Shown here: one piece after another, positions 19,699 to 29,713 of the stretch
Layout: each line of letters opens with the position of its first letter
Numbering within the stretch: the stretch's first letter is position 1
Assembly (NCBI GenBank): GCA_963674945.2
Contig: CAXXWQ010000002.1
Location: forward strand, 352,001-416,000
Origin: an uncultured Desulfosarcina sp.
GTDB lineage: Bacteria > Desulfobacterota > Desulfobacteria > Desulfobacterales > Desulfosarcinaceae
Reading direction: 5' to 3'
Length of the DNA: 64,000 bases
Position numbers and translations under genes: made by a program
Notes under the pieces: model-generated
What the model saw: the letters and a program-made list of their open reading frames with translations, nothing else
What the model was told of the DNA's origin: nothing
The model's database searches: none

Positions 19699-20101
19699 TA
19701 CAGACGTGATCAGCAATATTTTCAAGCCAAATCCATCTGAAGGGCTGCTCGTGAAGTTGGGCGGATTGGCCCAGACGGAGCAATTCATCTCAACGATTAC
19801 GATTTTCGAAATTGTTTATGGTGCAATAAAGAGCGGGCGTGCTGATTACCATTTGAATAATTTGAGAAACATTTTATTGCCCTCCGTCAATATCGTCGGA
19901 TTTGATACCAAAGCGGCTTTCGAATGTGGCCGCATTCGTGCCGAATTGGAAAATCAGGGGCGAAGGCTATCACTTGCGGATCTTCAGATCGCTTCCATTG
20001 CAATGGCCAACGAGTTGACACTGGTAACGGGAAATACAAAGCATTTTACGAGGGTCGATGGCCTGAAAGTTGAAAATTGGTTGCATCCCCTGAAAAAGTA
20101 G
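19685..20101 (+). CDS. vapC: VapC PIN toxin
   Basis: YLFDTDVIS, FEIVYG, ADLQIASIA, LVTGNTKHF. Confidence 0.9.
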   Translation: MYLFDTDVISNIFKPNPSEGLLVKLGGLAQTEQFISTITIFEIVYGAIKSGRADYHLNNLRNILLPSVNIVGFDTKAAFECGRIRAELENQGRRLSLADLQIASIAMANELTLVTGNTKHFTRVDGLKVENWLHPLKK

Positions 20102-20456
20102 ACACGGACCCACGCTGACACTCACAAAAAAATAAATCAGCCACGGACCCACACCGACAAAAAAGAAAAGATAATTCGCCACGGACCCACACGGACGCAC
20201 ACAGACAAAACAAGTAAATACTTGCCTTCGGCAAAAAACAGAGAAGTCCATAAAAACGCAGAAGTTGATCATTCGGTTTACGTTTTTCCAGCCAACGGCT
20301 GCATTTAACCTGTCCGTGTGCGTCCGTGTGTGTCCGTGGCAAAAAATCCAAGCCGCAGGCTGCAAAAAACCCGTCAGTGTGAGTCCGTGTGTGTCCGTGG
20401 CCAATTCCCAGCCGAAGGCTGCAAACATAACCCGTCCGTGTAAGTCCGTGGCAAAA
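20101..20456. repeat. Family-A element, copy 5
   Basis: Same arms and core; begins at the vapC stop. Confidence 0.9.
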
Positions 20457-20557
20457 CTTCGGCCCGAATCCGCTTATGCTCCAAGTGACACCCCATTGTC
20501 CCTGGCTTTATGGTACAATGGCTTTTTATCCTGTCTTACTATAATGGAGTAATATCA

Positions 20558-22204
20558 ATGCCTGAAATTCAGGAAAACATTTCGGTAAGCCCCGATGGTG
20601 AAGCTTTCCCATTACCAACGCCAGCTGACTACGAACAGGAGTCGGTCCGGCTTACCCGGCTCGTCGAACGTCACAAAAAAGAAGGGCGCGAAATCGTCGT
20701 GGTCCAGGGAGTCGGGTTCGTCGGCGCCGTGATGGCCGGCGTCGTCGCCGACTCGACGGACGAAACCGGCAAGCCGGGAAAGTTTGTCATGGGCATGCAG
20801 CGCCCGTCGACGCGATCCTACTGGAAGATTCCCTGCCTGAATCGGGGCGTGGCACCGGTGGAGGCGGAAGATCCGGATGTCGAACCGTTGATCCGGCGTT
20901 GTGTGCTCGAAAAACAGACCCTGACCGCCACCTTCAGCTACGATGCGCTGTCCATGGCCGATGTGGTGGTGGTGGATGTTCAGTGTGACTACCACAAGGA
21001 GACACTGGGCGAGGTGAGAAAAGGGCATGCCGCCATCGGTGCATTGGAGGAAAGCCTGGCCGTGATCGGCGAGAGGATCGATCCCCATTGCCTGGTATTG
21101 ATCGAAACCACGGTGCCGCCGGGAACCACCGAATACGTGGCCTATCCCATCCTGAAAAAGGCGTTCGAGAAACGGGGGCTCAAAGAGGCCGAACCACTGC
21201 TGGCCCATTCCTTCGAAAGAGTCATGCCGGGGCGCAACTATGTCGCCTCCATCAGGGATTTCTGGCGGGTGTGCAGCGGCATCAACCAGGTCGCCCGAGA
21301 CAAGGTGGTCAAGTTCCTGTCGGAAATCCTCAATGTCGACCAATACCCGTTGACCGTTCTGGACCGCCCCATCGAGAGCGAGACCTGCAAGATCGTGGAA
21401 AATTCCTATCGTGCCGCCACTTTGGCCTTTCTGGACGAATGGAGCGTTTTTGCCGAACGAAACGGCGTCGACATCACCAAGGTGGTGGAGGCCATCAAGA
21501 TCCGGCCGACCCACTCCAACCTGATCTTCCCAGGGCCGGGCATCGGCGGTTATTGCCTGCCCAAGGACGGCGGACTGGGCGTGTGGGCCTACCACACGCT
21601 CATGGGCTTCGACGACGACCTGTTCAAGATCACCCCTTTGTCCATCGATATCAATGACACGCGGGCCTTACGGCCTCCCCAGCTGGTGCGGGATGCACTT
21701 CGCAACATGGGAAAGATCGTACCCACCTCCAGGATTGCCGTGCTGGGCATCTCCTACCGCCAGGATGTGGGCGACACCCGCTATTCCGGATCGGAAATCA
21801 TCGTCCGCAAGCTTGCCGAAATGGGTGGGGAAGTCGTCGTCCACGACCCCTACGTCAAGCACTGGTGGGAGTTCGAAAAACAGGATACCTACCCGGCGCC
21901 GGGACACTCGTGGAAACGCTTTTTCAGAAACCAGGACCACCTCGTCGACTTGAGAGTCAAATCCGATCTGGCCGACGCCCTCGAAGGTGTGGACGCGGTG
22001 GTATTGGCCGTTCGGCACTCCGCGTACCTGAACCTCGCGCCGGACCAGGTGGTCGAAATGACCGGCCGGCCCGTGGCCGTCATCGACTGCTTCGGAATTC
22101 TCAGCGATGACCGGATCAGCCGCTATTTTGAGCTCGGCTGTGAAGTCAAGGGGCTCGGCCGGGGGCATGTAAAACGGCTCAAGGATCGGGTGCAAAAAAA
22201 GTGA
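20558..22204 (+). CDS. Nucleotide-sugar (UDP-glucose/GDP-mannose/UDP-ManNAc family) dehydrogenase
   Basis: GVGFVG, ETTVPPGTT, KIVENSYR, GPGIGGYCLPKD, DVGDTRYS. Confidence 0.9.
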   Translation: MPEIQENISVSPDGEAFPLPTPADYEQESVRLTRLVERHKKEGREIVVVQGVGFVGAVMAGVVADSTDETGKPGKFVMGMQRPSTRSYWKIPCLNRGVAPVEAEDPDVEPLIRRCVLEKQTLTATFSYDALSMADVVVVDVQCDYHKETLGEVRKGHAAIGALEESLAVIGERIDPHCLVLIETTVPPGTTEYVAYPILKKAFEKRGLKEAEPLLAHSFERVMPGRNYVASIRDFWRVCSGINQVARDKVVKFLSEILNVDQYPLTVLDRPIESETCKIVENSYRAATLAFLDEWSVFAERNGVDITKVVEAIKIRPTHSNLIFPGPGIGGYCLPKDGGLGVWAYHTLMGFDDDLFKITPLSIDINDTRALRPPQLVRDALRNMGKIVPTSRIAVLGISYRQDVGDTRYSGSEIIVRKLAEMGGEVVVHDPYVKHWWEFEKQDTYPAPGHSWKRFFRNQDHLVDLRVKSDLADALEGVDAVVLAVRHSAYLNLAPDQVVEMTGRPVAVIDCFGILSDDRISRYFELGCEVKGLGRGHVKRLKDRVQKK

Positions 22205-22479
22205 TCTCTCGCAGAGGCGCAGAGAGCATAGAGAATTTAGCATATAGCTCATAGCTGATAGGTTTGAAAAACCTACAAATGACCTGTTCACAGACCATTC
22301 ATGACTTTTGCGCTATCAGCTAAAAGCCTACAGGCTACAGCCTAATCACCTATTTTCGTGAAGCGGGCGAGAGATAATAGAATCAGCCATTCGTCATGGG
22401 GATTGAAAATGGCTATGTAATTGGCTATGTTGGATGGTGGGATTGATATGATGGAAAATTTCAGTAGGGGAACAAAAAA

Positions 22480-22755
22480 ATGGAAACTCAATATACCATA
22501 TCCGAAGCCAAGAACAAGTTGCCGTCGATCATACATTCGGTGGAAAAAGGACCATCTGTAAAATTGACGAGGCGTGGACGACCTGTTGCGATATTGTTGT
22601 CAATTAAGGAATACGAGAAATTAGTACGAAAAAATATCAGCTTCTGGAATGCTTTAACAAATTTTCGAAATAAGGCTGGGGAATTTGAAATTTCAGATGA
22701 AGATTTTGTGGGCCTCCGAGATCGTTCTTCCGGAAGGATAGTTGAATCGTTTTGA
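22480..22755 (+). CDS. Phd/YefM-family antitoxin
   Basis: TISEAKNKLPSII..LTRRGRPVAIL. Confidence 0.9.
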   Translation: METQYTISEAKNKLPSIIHSVEKGPSVKLTRRGRPVAILLSIKEYEKLVRKNISFWNALTNFRNKAGEFEISDEDFVGLRDRSSGRIVESF

Positions 22756-23174
22756 TGAAATATCTATTGGATACAAACGTTATATCGGAGGCAATCAAAA
22801 CGGTGCCCAATCAAAACGTAATGAATCAACTGCAGAAACATCAAGATGAAATTGCAACGGCTTCACTCGTTTGGCATGAACTCCAGTATGGCTGCAGACG
22901 TTTGCCCAATTCCCGAAAACGATCCCTTATCGAATCGTATCTTTCAGAGGTTGTGTGGCATACGATTGCGATACTCCCCTATGATGCGGCTGCTGCAGAC
23001 TGGCATGCCGAACAGCGAGCACAGTTGACCGCCGCCGGCAAGTCTCCCCCCTTCATTGACGGCCAAATTGCCGCCATCGCCAAGGTAAACAATCTGATTC
23101 TCGTGACCCGAAATATATCGGATTATATGTGCTTTCAGGGTGTAACGTTACGAAACTGGCACGTGCGGAATTAA
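22752..23174 (+). CDS. vapC: VapC PIN toxin
   Basis: YLLDTNVISE, HELQYG, DGQIAAIA, LVTRN. Confidence 0.9.
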   Translation: MMKYLLDTNVISEAIKTVPNQNVMNQLQKHQDEIATASLVWHELQYGCRRLPNSRKRSLIESYLSEVVWHTIAILPYDAAAADWHAEQRAQLTAAGKSPPFIDGQIAAIAKVNNLILVTRNISDYMCFQGVTLRNWHVRN

Positions 23175-23317
23175 TTTGCAAACTGGGCGCGGGGAGCTTG
23201 GAGCCGGGAGCGGATAATAACTGACAAAGAGCAGATGTTGGAAGGGACGAAGGCTGCAAAAATTCTTTCCAACTCAAAATTTAAAACTCAAAATTTAAAA
23301 TTAACCGGAGGTCCCCA

Positions 23318-24163
23318 ATGCCCAAAATTCCCCCAATACTAGTCCCACTGCTAATCTCAACATTATTGATGACGATCTCTTGCTCCGGAGGCGAAATGGA
23401 ACAAAAGAAGGAAGAAAAAAAGGTCACCTACAACAGCCTGAAAGATATCCCCGACAGCGCGTGGGAATCCCTTTCCAAGAAGAAAATATACTTTGGCCAT
23501 CAATCCGTGGGCTACAATATTCTCGATGGTGTCCGGGACATCATGAAGGAGAATCCCAAAATCAAATTGAACATCGTCGAAGGCAACGATGCAAACTTAC
23601 TGGTACCAGGGACATTGCTGCATTCGAAAGTGGGAAAAAACACGGAACCGAAAACCAAAATAGACGAGTTCGTTTCATTTGTCGAAAACGGCATGGGAAA
23701 AAAAGCCGATGCGGCCGCATTGAAACTCTGCTACGTGGACATCCGGGAGAATGCCGACCCGAAAGCTCTTTTTGCCGAATACGAAGCGGAAATTGAAAAG
23801 CTTCGAAAGGCGTACCCTGACTTGACAATCATTCATTTCACGTCTCCTTTGACGAAATTGCAGGCCGGCCCGAAAGCCTGGGTCAAAAAAATCATCGGCC
23901 GCACATTAGGTGGAACAAAAGAGAATATTAACAGGCACGCTTACAACGAACTTTTACGTGCCAGGTATAAGGGGAAAGAGCCGATCCTGGACATTGCCGA
24001 GATCGAATCCACGAAACCGGATGGCACCCGTTCTTCTTTCCAAAGCGATGGTAAGACCTATTATTCCATGGTTCCCGAATATACCAATGATGGCGGGCAC
24101 CTGAATGAAGTCGGCCGCAAAAAGGTTGCCGAACAGTTTATTCTTTTGGTGGCCAATCTGTAA
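23318..24163 (+). CDS. Lipoprotein, SGNH-hydrolase-like
   Basis: Lipobox TISC; FGHQSVG and DGGHLN motifs. Confidence 0.7.
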   Translation: MPKIPPILVPLLISTLLMTISCSGGEMEQKKEEKKVTYNSLKDIPDSAWESLSKKKIYFGHQSVGYNILDGVRDIMKENPKIKLNIVEGNDANLLVPGTLLHSKVGKNTEPKTKIDEFVSFVENGMGKKADAAALKLCYVDIRENADPKALFAEYEAEIEKLRKAYPDLTIIHFTSPLTKLQAGPKAWVKKIIGRTLGGTKENINRHAYNELLRARYKGKEPILDIAEIESTKPDGTRSSFQSDGKTYYSMVPEYTNDGGHLNEVGRKKVAEQFILLVANL

Positions 24164-24486
24164 AAAGATAATTAGCCACGGACCCACACGGACGCACACG
24201 GACAAAAGAGAAAAGATAAATCAGCCACAGACCCACACGGACCCACACAGACAAAACAAATAAATACTTGCCTTCGGCAAAAAACAGAGAAGCCCATAAA
24301 AACGCAGAAGTTGATCATTCGGTTTACGTTTTTCCAGCCAACGGCTGCATTTAGCTCGTCCGTGTGCGTTCGTGGCAAAATTCCCAGCCGCAGGCTGTAA
24401 AAAAAACCGTCCGTGTGCGTCCGTGTGCGTCCGTGGCCAATTCCCAGCCGCAGGCTGCAAAAACTTGTCCGTGTGATTCAGTGGTA
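24164..24486. repeat. Family-A element, copy 6 (upstream of GxxExxY)
   Basis: Same arms and core. Confidence 0.9.
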
Positions 24487-24496
24487 AAAATCAAAA

Positions 24497-24859
24497 ATGA
24501 AAGAAGATAAACTAACCTATGAAATAAACGGTGCTGTTTTCGAAGTAAACAAGGTGCTCGGCGCTGGTTTTCTTGAAAAGGTCTATGAAAATGCACTGAT
24601 AGAGGAACTCAAGGCGAGGGGAATTAAAGCAGAAAGCCAAGTTCCAATCAAAGTACAATACAAGGAAAAAATTGTCGGCGAATATTTTGCCGATATTTTA
24701 GTCGAAAATAAAATTATCCTTGAGATTAAAGCAGTAGAAAGATTGTCCGGTATCCACGAAGCCCAAATTTTGAACTACTTGAAAGCCACCGATTACAAAG
24801 TTGGTTTGCTGATTAATTTCACCTACCCAAAGGCTGAAATAAAACGATTTGTTGTTTAA
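24497..24859 (+). CDS. GxxExxY protein (PD-(D/E)XK nuclease-like fold)
   Basis: LGAGFLEKVYENAL; YFADILVENKIILEIKA; HEAQILNYLKAT..GLLINF. Confidence 0.93.
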   Translation: MKEDKLTYEINGAVFEVNKVLGAGFLEKVYENALIEELKARGIKAESQVPIKVQYKEKIVGEYFADILVENKIILEIKAVERLSGIHEAQILNYLKATDYKVGLLINFTYPKAEIKRFVV

Positions 24860-25166
24860 TTCGCCACGGACCCACACAGACCCACACAGACAAAAAAAGA
24901 AAAGCGAATTGGCCACGGACGCACACGGACGCACACAGACAAAAAAGAAAAGATAAATTGGCCACGGACCCACACGGATGCACACGGACAAAAAAAGAAA
25001 AGATAAATCAGCCACAGACCCACACGGACCCACACAGACAAAACAAGTAAATACTTGCCTTCGGCAAAAAACAGAGAAGCCCATAAAAACGCAGAAGTTG
25101 ATCATTCGGTTTACGTTTTTCCAGCCAACGGCTGCATTTAGTTCGTCCGTGTGCGTCCGTGGCAAA
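24858..25166. repeat. Family-A element, copy 7 (downstream of GxxExxY)
   Basis: Four left units starting at the GxxExxY TAA, core, one right unit. Confidence 0.9.
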
Positions 25167-25423
25167 CATTGCGGTTTATGTGCCTCAAATGAAAAGGCCG
25201 AGATGAAGTAGCCCAAAAATCATGAATTTTCTCCCAAATTTAATTAACTTTTTAGTGATTTCAGCCGATTTTATTATGTGTCCATCCCAAAGCTGGTGAC
25301 GCGCCTCGGAATCCAGGCGGCGGAGCTTTGTACTTGATTCCCACCTGTTTCATCCTGCACCGCAAAGACGCAGAGTGCGCAAAGAGGGCAAACATTATTG
25401 GGCATCGCCGAAAGATACAAAGA

Positions 25424-25692
25424 ATCAGCCACAGACCCACACAGACCCACACAGACAAAAAAGTAAATACTTGCCTTCGGCAAAAAACAGAGAAGCCCAT
25501 AAAAACGCAGAAGTTGATCATTCGGTTTACGTTTTTCCAGCCAACGGCTGCATTTAACTCGTCCGTGTGTGTCCGTGGCCAATTCCCAGCCGAAGGCTGC
25601 AAAAAACCCGTCAGTGTGCGTCCGAGTGTGTCCGTGGCCAATTCCCAGCCGAAGGCTGCAAACATAACTCGTCCGTGTGAGTCCATGGCAAA
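25424..25692. repeat. Family-A element, copy 8
   Basis: Same arms and core. Confidence 0.9.
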
Positions 25693-25730
25693 AACTCAAA
25701 AATTAATAATTACTGTTGGTAGAGGCAACC

Positions 25731-27143
25731 ATGTATGACGACAAAATGATCGAGATGAGCAGGGTCGTGTACCTTTTTGATCTCCTCATTACCAATATCG
25801 CGTTTGTACTGGCCATTTGGGGTCGCCAATTATTACTGCCTGACGGCAATATCGATTTTTACACCCATTTATACATCCTCCCCTTGCTCCTATTTTTCAC
25901 CATTGGTTTTTTCTTTTACACCGGTGTCTACAGCAACCCGCGATATACGACGCTAATTGATTTCGCCAAGTCGATATTCAAGGCCGTTGTCCTTTCAATC
26001 GGCACGATGCTGACGCTTCTGTTTTTTCTTAAAGTCGATTTCATCAGCCGCGCGGTAATTCTGAATTTTTCGGTGATCGAGTTTTTTTTGGTATTCACTT
26101 ATCGAGGTTTCATAAAATCACATTATGAAAAAATAGCAAAAGATGGATCGGGAGCGCTTCATGTGCTGATCATCGGAACGGGGGAACGGGCAAAAGAGTT
26201 ATCGGCCATGCTTCGGGAAAAAGCCGAATTGGGAATAAAGATTATCGGCCACCTGGATCCGGATCCGTCGTGTGTCGGAAGTACGGTTCTTGATGTCCCG
26301 GTTATCGGTGTGGTTGACGATATCAGTTCAGTGCTGGAAAAAAACGTGGTCGATGAAGTCATCATCGCCATCCCGCGGACCATGCTGCAAGACGCTGAGC
26401 CCATCGCCCATGCCTGTGAAGAGGAGGGGATCAAGCTGAGACTGATGGCGGATGTGTTCAACCTGAATACGGCGAGAATTCGATTGAAAGAACTCGGAAA
26501 AACGCCGTTGTTGACCTTGGAGCCGGTGGCACAGGATGAGATCAAGTTACTGGTAAAACGTATTTTCGATTTTGCCGCTTCATTGACCCTTCTCATCATC
26601 GCTTTGCCGGTGATGGTTATTGTTGCCATTGCCATAAAATTGGATTCGACGGGGCCGATCCTTTTTGTTCAACAGCGGGTGGGCTTGAACAAAAGACGTT
26701 TTCCCATGTTTAAATTTCGATCCATGTGCGCTGATGCGGAGAGCTAAATGCGTGATCTGGAGGCGCTGAATGAAGCAGAAGGTCCCATTTTCAAGATAGA
26801 ACATGACCCGCGGATAACCCGTGTCGGCAACTTTATCCGAAAAACAAGCATAGATGAATTGCCCCAGCTCTTCAATGTATTGCGGGGAGAAATGAGTCTT
26901 GTGGGTCCGCGGCCCATGTCCATCCGCGATGTGGATCGGTTCGATCAAGGCATTCAGCGAAAGCGCTTCAGTGTCAAGCCTGGACTCACGTGCATCTGGC
27001 AGGTGTCGGGCCGTAGCAATTTGCCGTTTGAAAAGTGGCTGGAATTGGATCTTGAGTATATTGAAAATTGGGGCCTGTTGTTAGATCTTAAGATCTTGTT
27101 TAAAACAATTCCAGCGGTATTGATGACAAAAGGGGCGGCGTAA
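25731..27143 (+). pseudogene. WcaJ-like polyprenyl glycosylphosphotransferase with an internal TAA
   Basis: KFRSMCADAES-TAA(26745-26747)-MRDLEALNEAEGPIFK..DELPQL..GPRP..PGLTCIWQVSGR, all in one frame. Confidence 0.85.
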
Positions 27144-27193
27144 GAAAAGCGCATACCTCATGGCTAATAGCAGTCGAAGAACTGGAAACAATA

Positions 27194-27400
27194 ATTGGCC
27201 ACGGACCCACACGGACGCACACAGACAAGAACAATAAATTTACATGGCCTTTGGCCAAAAAAGCATTGTATCAATAATAAGCCTATTTTTTTTCAGCCGA
27301 AGGCTTACCCGAGTTGCTGTCCGTGTGAGTCTGTGTGTGTCCGTGGAAAAACCCCAGCCGCAGGCTGAATAAAAACCTGTCCGTGTGTGTCTGTGGCAAA
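27194..27400. repeat. Family-A element, copy 9 (divergent core)
   Basis: CCACGGACCCACACGGACGCACAC left arm; GTCCGTGTG right arms with CAGCCGNAGGCTG. Confidence 0.8.
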
Positions 27401-27415
27401 GAATTCTTAAAAAAC

Positions 27416-28546
27416 ATGTCTAAAGAAGCAAACACAGTCATAATCGGTGCCGGCGTGGTCGGCCTGGCGATTGCGGCAGAATTATCCCGAGAACGCAAAA
27501 ACATATTCGTTATCGAGAAAAATGGCCGTTTCGGCCAGGAAACAAGCAGTCGCAACAGTGAAGTGATTCATTCGGGGATATATTATCCGCCTGGCTCACT
27601 CAAGGCAAGTCTTTGTGTCGAGGGCAACCGACAATTGTATGAGATTTGCGAAAGGCATCGCATCCCTCACAACAAATGCGGCAAAATCATCATTGCTACT
27701 CGCGAAGATGAGGTGGAGCAACTCTATCGGATTCGTAAGAATGCGCAAAAATGCGGTGTCGACAACCTCTCGTTTTTATCTGCCAAAGACATAAAAGCCT
27801 ATGAGCCAACTGTTACGGCAGTCGCAGGTCTTTATTCGCCAGACACCGGTATCATCAATGCGCATCAACTCATGCGGCTCTATTTCGCCCAATCACAAAA
27901 AAACAAGGTCAATTTTGTTTTTCATGCGGAAGTGGACCAAATCAAGCCGGCCTCGCGTCAGGGATACATCATTCGTGTGATCTATCCCGACGGACAGAGC
28001 GACAGCCTGGAAACCAGCCACCTGATCAATTGCGCCGGATTGGAATCGGACATGGTTGCGCAAATGATGGGTGTCGATATCGATAAACACAACTTCCGTC
28101 TGCAATACTGGAAAGGGGACTATTTTTCTTTAGACTCAAAATTTACCTTCAAACATCTTGTGTATCCGGTTCCACGCCCAAACAATGAGGGGTTGGGCAT
28201 TCATTTAACAATCGATTTAAGCGGAAGGTCAAAATTGGGGCCGGATGCAGCATATCTTCCCGAAAGAAATATCGACTATTACGTATCGGAAGACAAAACA
28301 GATGCATTTTTAAGAGCCGTAAAATGTTATTTGCCATTTATTGAGCGGGGCCATCTTAAACCGGACATGGCGGGCATTCGCCCCAAACTTCAAAAACCGG
28401 GGGAGGCTGTCAGGGATTTTATCATCCAGGAAGAGTCAACCAATGGTTTGCCTGGAGTAGTAAATTTGATCGGTATTGAATCCCCAGGATTGACCTCAAG
28501 CCCCGCAATTGCCAAATATGTGGGTAACCTTCTGGCTGGAACGTAG
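27416..28546 (+). CDS. FAD-dependent oxidoreductase, L-2-hydroxyglutarate oxidase (LhgO)-like
   Basis: IGAGVVG, ETSSRNSEVIHSGIYY, GIESPGLTSS. Confidence 0.88.
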   Translation: MSKEANTVIIGAGVVGLAIAAELSRERKNIFVIEKNGRFGQETSSRNSEVIHSGIYYPPGSLKASLCVEGNRQLYEICERHRIPHNKCGKIIIATREDEVEQLYRIRKNAQKCGVDNLSFLSAKDIKAYEPTVTAVAGLYSPDTGIINAHQLMRLYFAQSQKNKVNFVFHAEVDQIKPASRQGYIIRVIYPDGQSDSLETSHLINCAGLESDMVAQMMGVDIDKHNFRLQYWKGDYFSLDSKFTFKHLVYPVPRPNNEGLGIHLTIDLSGRSKLGPDAAYLPERNIDYYVSEDKTDAFLRAVKCYLPFIERGHLKPDMAGIRPKLQKPGEAVRDFIIQEESTNGLPGVVNLIGIESPGLTSSPAIAKYVGNLLAGT

Positions 28547-28556
28547 TACCCATATT

Positions 28557-29433
28557 CCAAGTCATCTCAAAATAAACGAAACAAAATTATAGAGCATCCA
28601 AGCTGGACGAGAGCGAGAAAATTCTCAACATGGTATTCATACCTCACAACCAAGCGCCTGAAGTTTTGAATCCAGGCAAAAAGACGCTCAACCTTCCATC
28701 TACGCTGATAACGGCGAAGTTTACGGCCATCTTGGGTACGCAACCTTTTTCGGTTCCGTTTATGGGGCGCGATCAATTCAATGGCGCGCTCATCAGAAAG
28801 CTGTTGATCAAGTTTATCGCTGTCATAAGCCTTATCGCCAATAAGACGATCAGGTGCATAATATGTGAACCCGCTGTCGATCGTCGCTTCAACCAGTTTT
28901 ACTTCGTGGGGAGAAGCGCTTTCAACGTGAGCGGCGACAGGAAAACCAGCAGCGTCTGCGATGGCCATGATCTTGGTACCTTTGCCGCGCTTTGTCTTGC
29001 CGACAGCAAGACTCCTTTTTTTGCCGGCACAAAAGTTCCGTCGATAAAGGCTTCGCGGATGTAAATACCGCCTCGCTCATACAGATCTTGTGCAAGCTCA
29101 TGGGCGATACGCCTAAAGGCGCCTTGTTTAACCCATTGCTGGAACCGTCTGTGGCATGTCTGGTATGGCGGGTACCTTGCTGGTAAATCCTTCCAAGGTG
29201 CGCCGGTTCGTAATATCCATAATATCCCGTTCATGACTTCTCGGGGATCACGTGCTTTGCGACCCCTTGGATCTTTACCAGGAGTTGTTGAGATAATTAT
29301 GGGCTCTATCCGATTCCATTGTTCGTTTGTTAGTTCCATCCTGATTATATAGTATATTCAGGACGTTATGTCTAGTTTTAAATTTGTTGTGAATTCAATT
29401 GGTTAAGGCTTATTTTTTTTTGAGATAGGTTCT
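28557..29433 (-). mobile_element. IS5-family element with a two-ORF frameshifted transposase
   Basis: IR cores ATCTCAAAA (28564-28572) / TTTTGAGAT near 29418-29426; orfA 29339-28899 and orfB to 28567; no TSD recognised. Confidence 0.8.
28567..29339 (-). CDS. IS5-family transposase (OrfA/OrfB, probable -1 frameshift at A7)
   Basis: [27 protein letters not shown] (gcaaaaaaagg), [15 protein letters not shown]. Confidence 0.85.
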
Positions 29434-29441
29434 CATAAAGG

Positions 29442-29663
29442 ATCCGCGATGTGGATCGGTTCGATCGAGGCATTCAGCGAAAGCGTTTCAGCGTCAAGCC
29501 CGGACTCACGTGCATCTGGCAGGTGTCGGGGCGGAGTAATTTGCCGTTTGAAAAGTGGTTGGAGCTGGATCTTAAATACATCGAAGATTGGAGCCTTTGA
29601 CTGGATATAAAGATTTTGTTTAAAACAATTCCTGCAGTATTGATGACAAAGAGGGTGGCGTAA
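29442..29663 (+). pseudogene. Duplicated, decayed 3' end of the WcaJ-like sugar transferase
   Basis: Diverged copy of 26922-27143 with an internal TGA; starts a few bp after the IS5 end. Confidence 0.85.
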
Positions 29664-29713
29664 GAAAAGCGCATAGCTTATGGTTAATAGCAGTCAAAGA
29701 ACTGGGAACAATA

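Noticed and set aside
1183..21595. Long antisense ORFs (1183-1971, 10996-12141, 17941-18858, 20612-21595)
   Set aside because: Shadows of GC-rich sense genes with no motifs of their own.
10583..25738. ORFs rich in HGPTRTHTD or CVRVGPW (e.g. 10583-11410, 13002-13385, 24698-25216, 25261-25699)
   Set aside because: They are translations of Family-A repeats, open in several frames, with no recognisable domain.
26745..26747. Recoded stop in the sugar transferase
   Set aside because: The codon is TAA, which is not used for Sec or Pyl, and no SECIS-like hairpin is evident.
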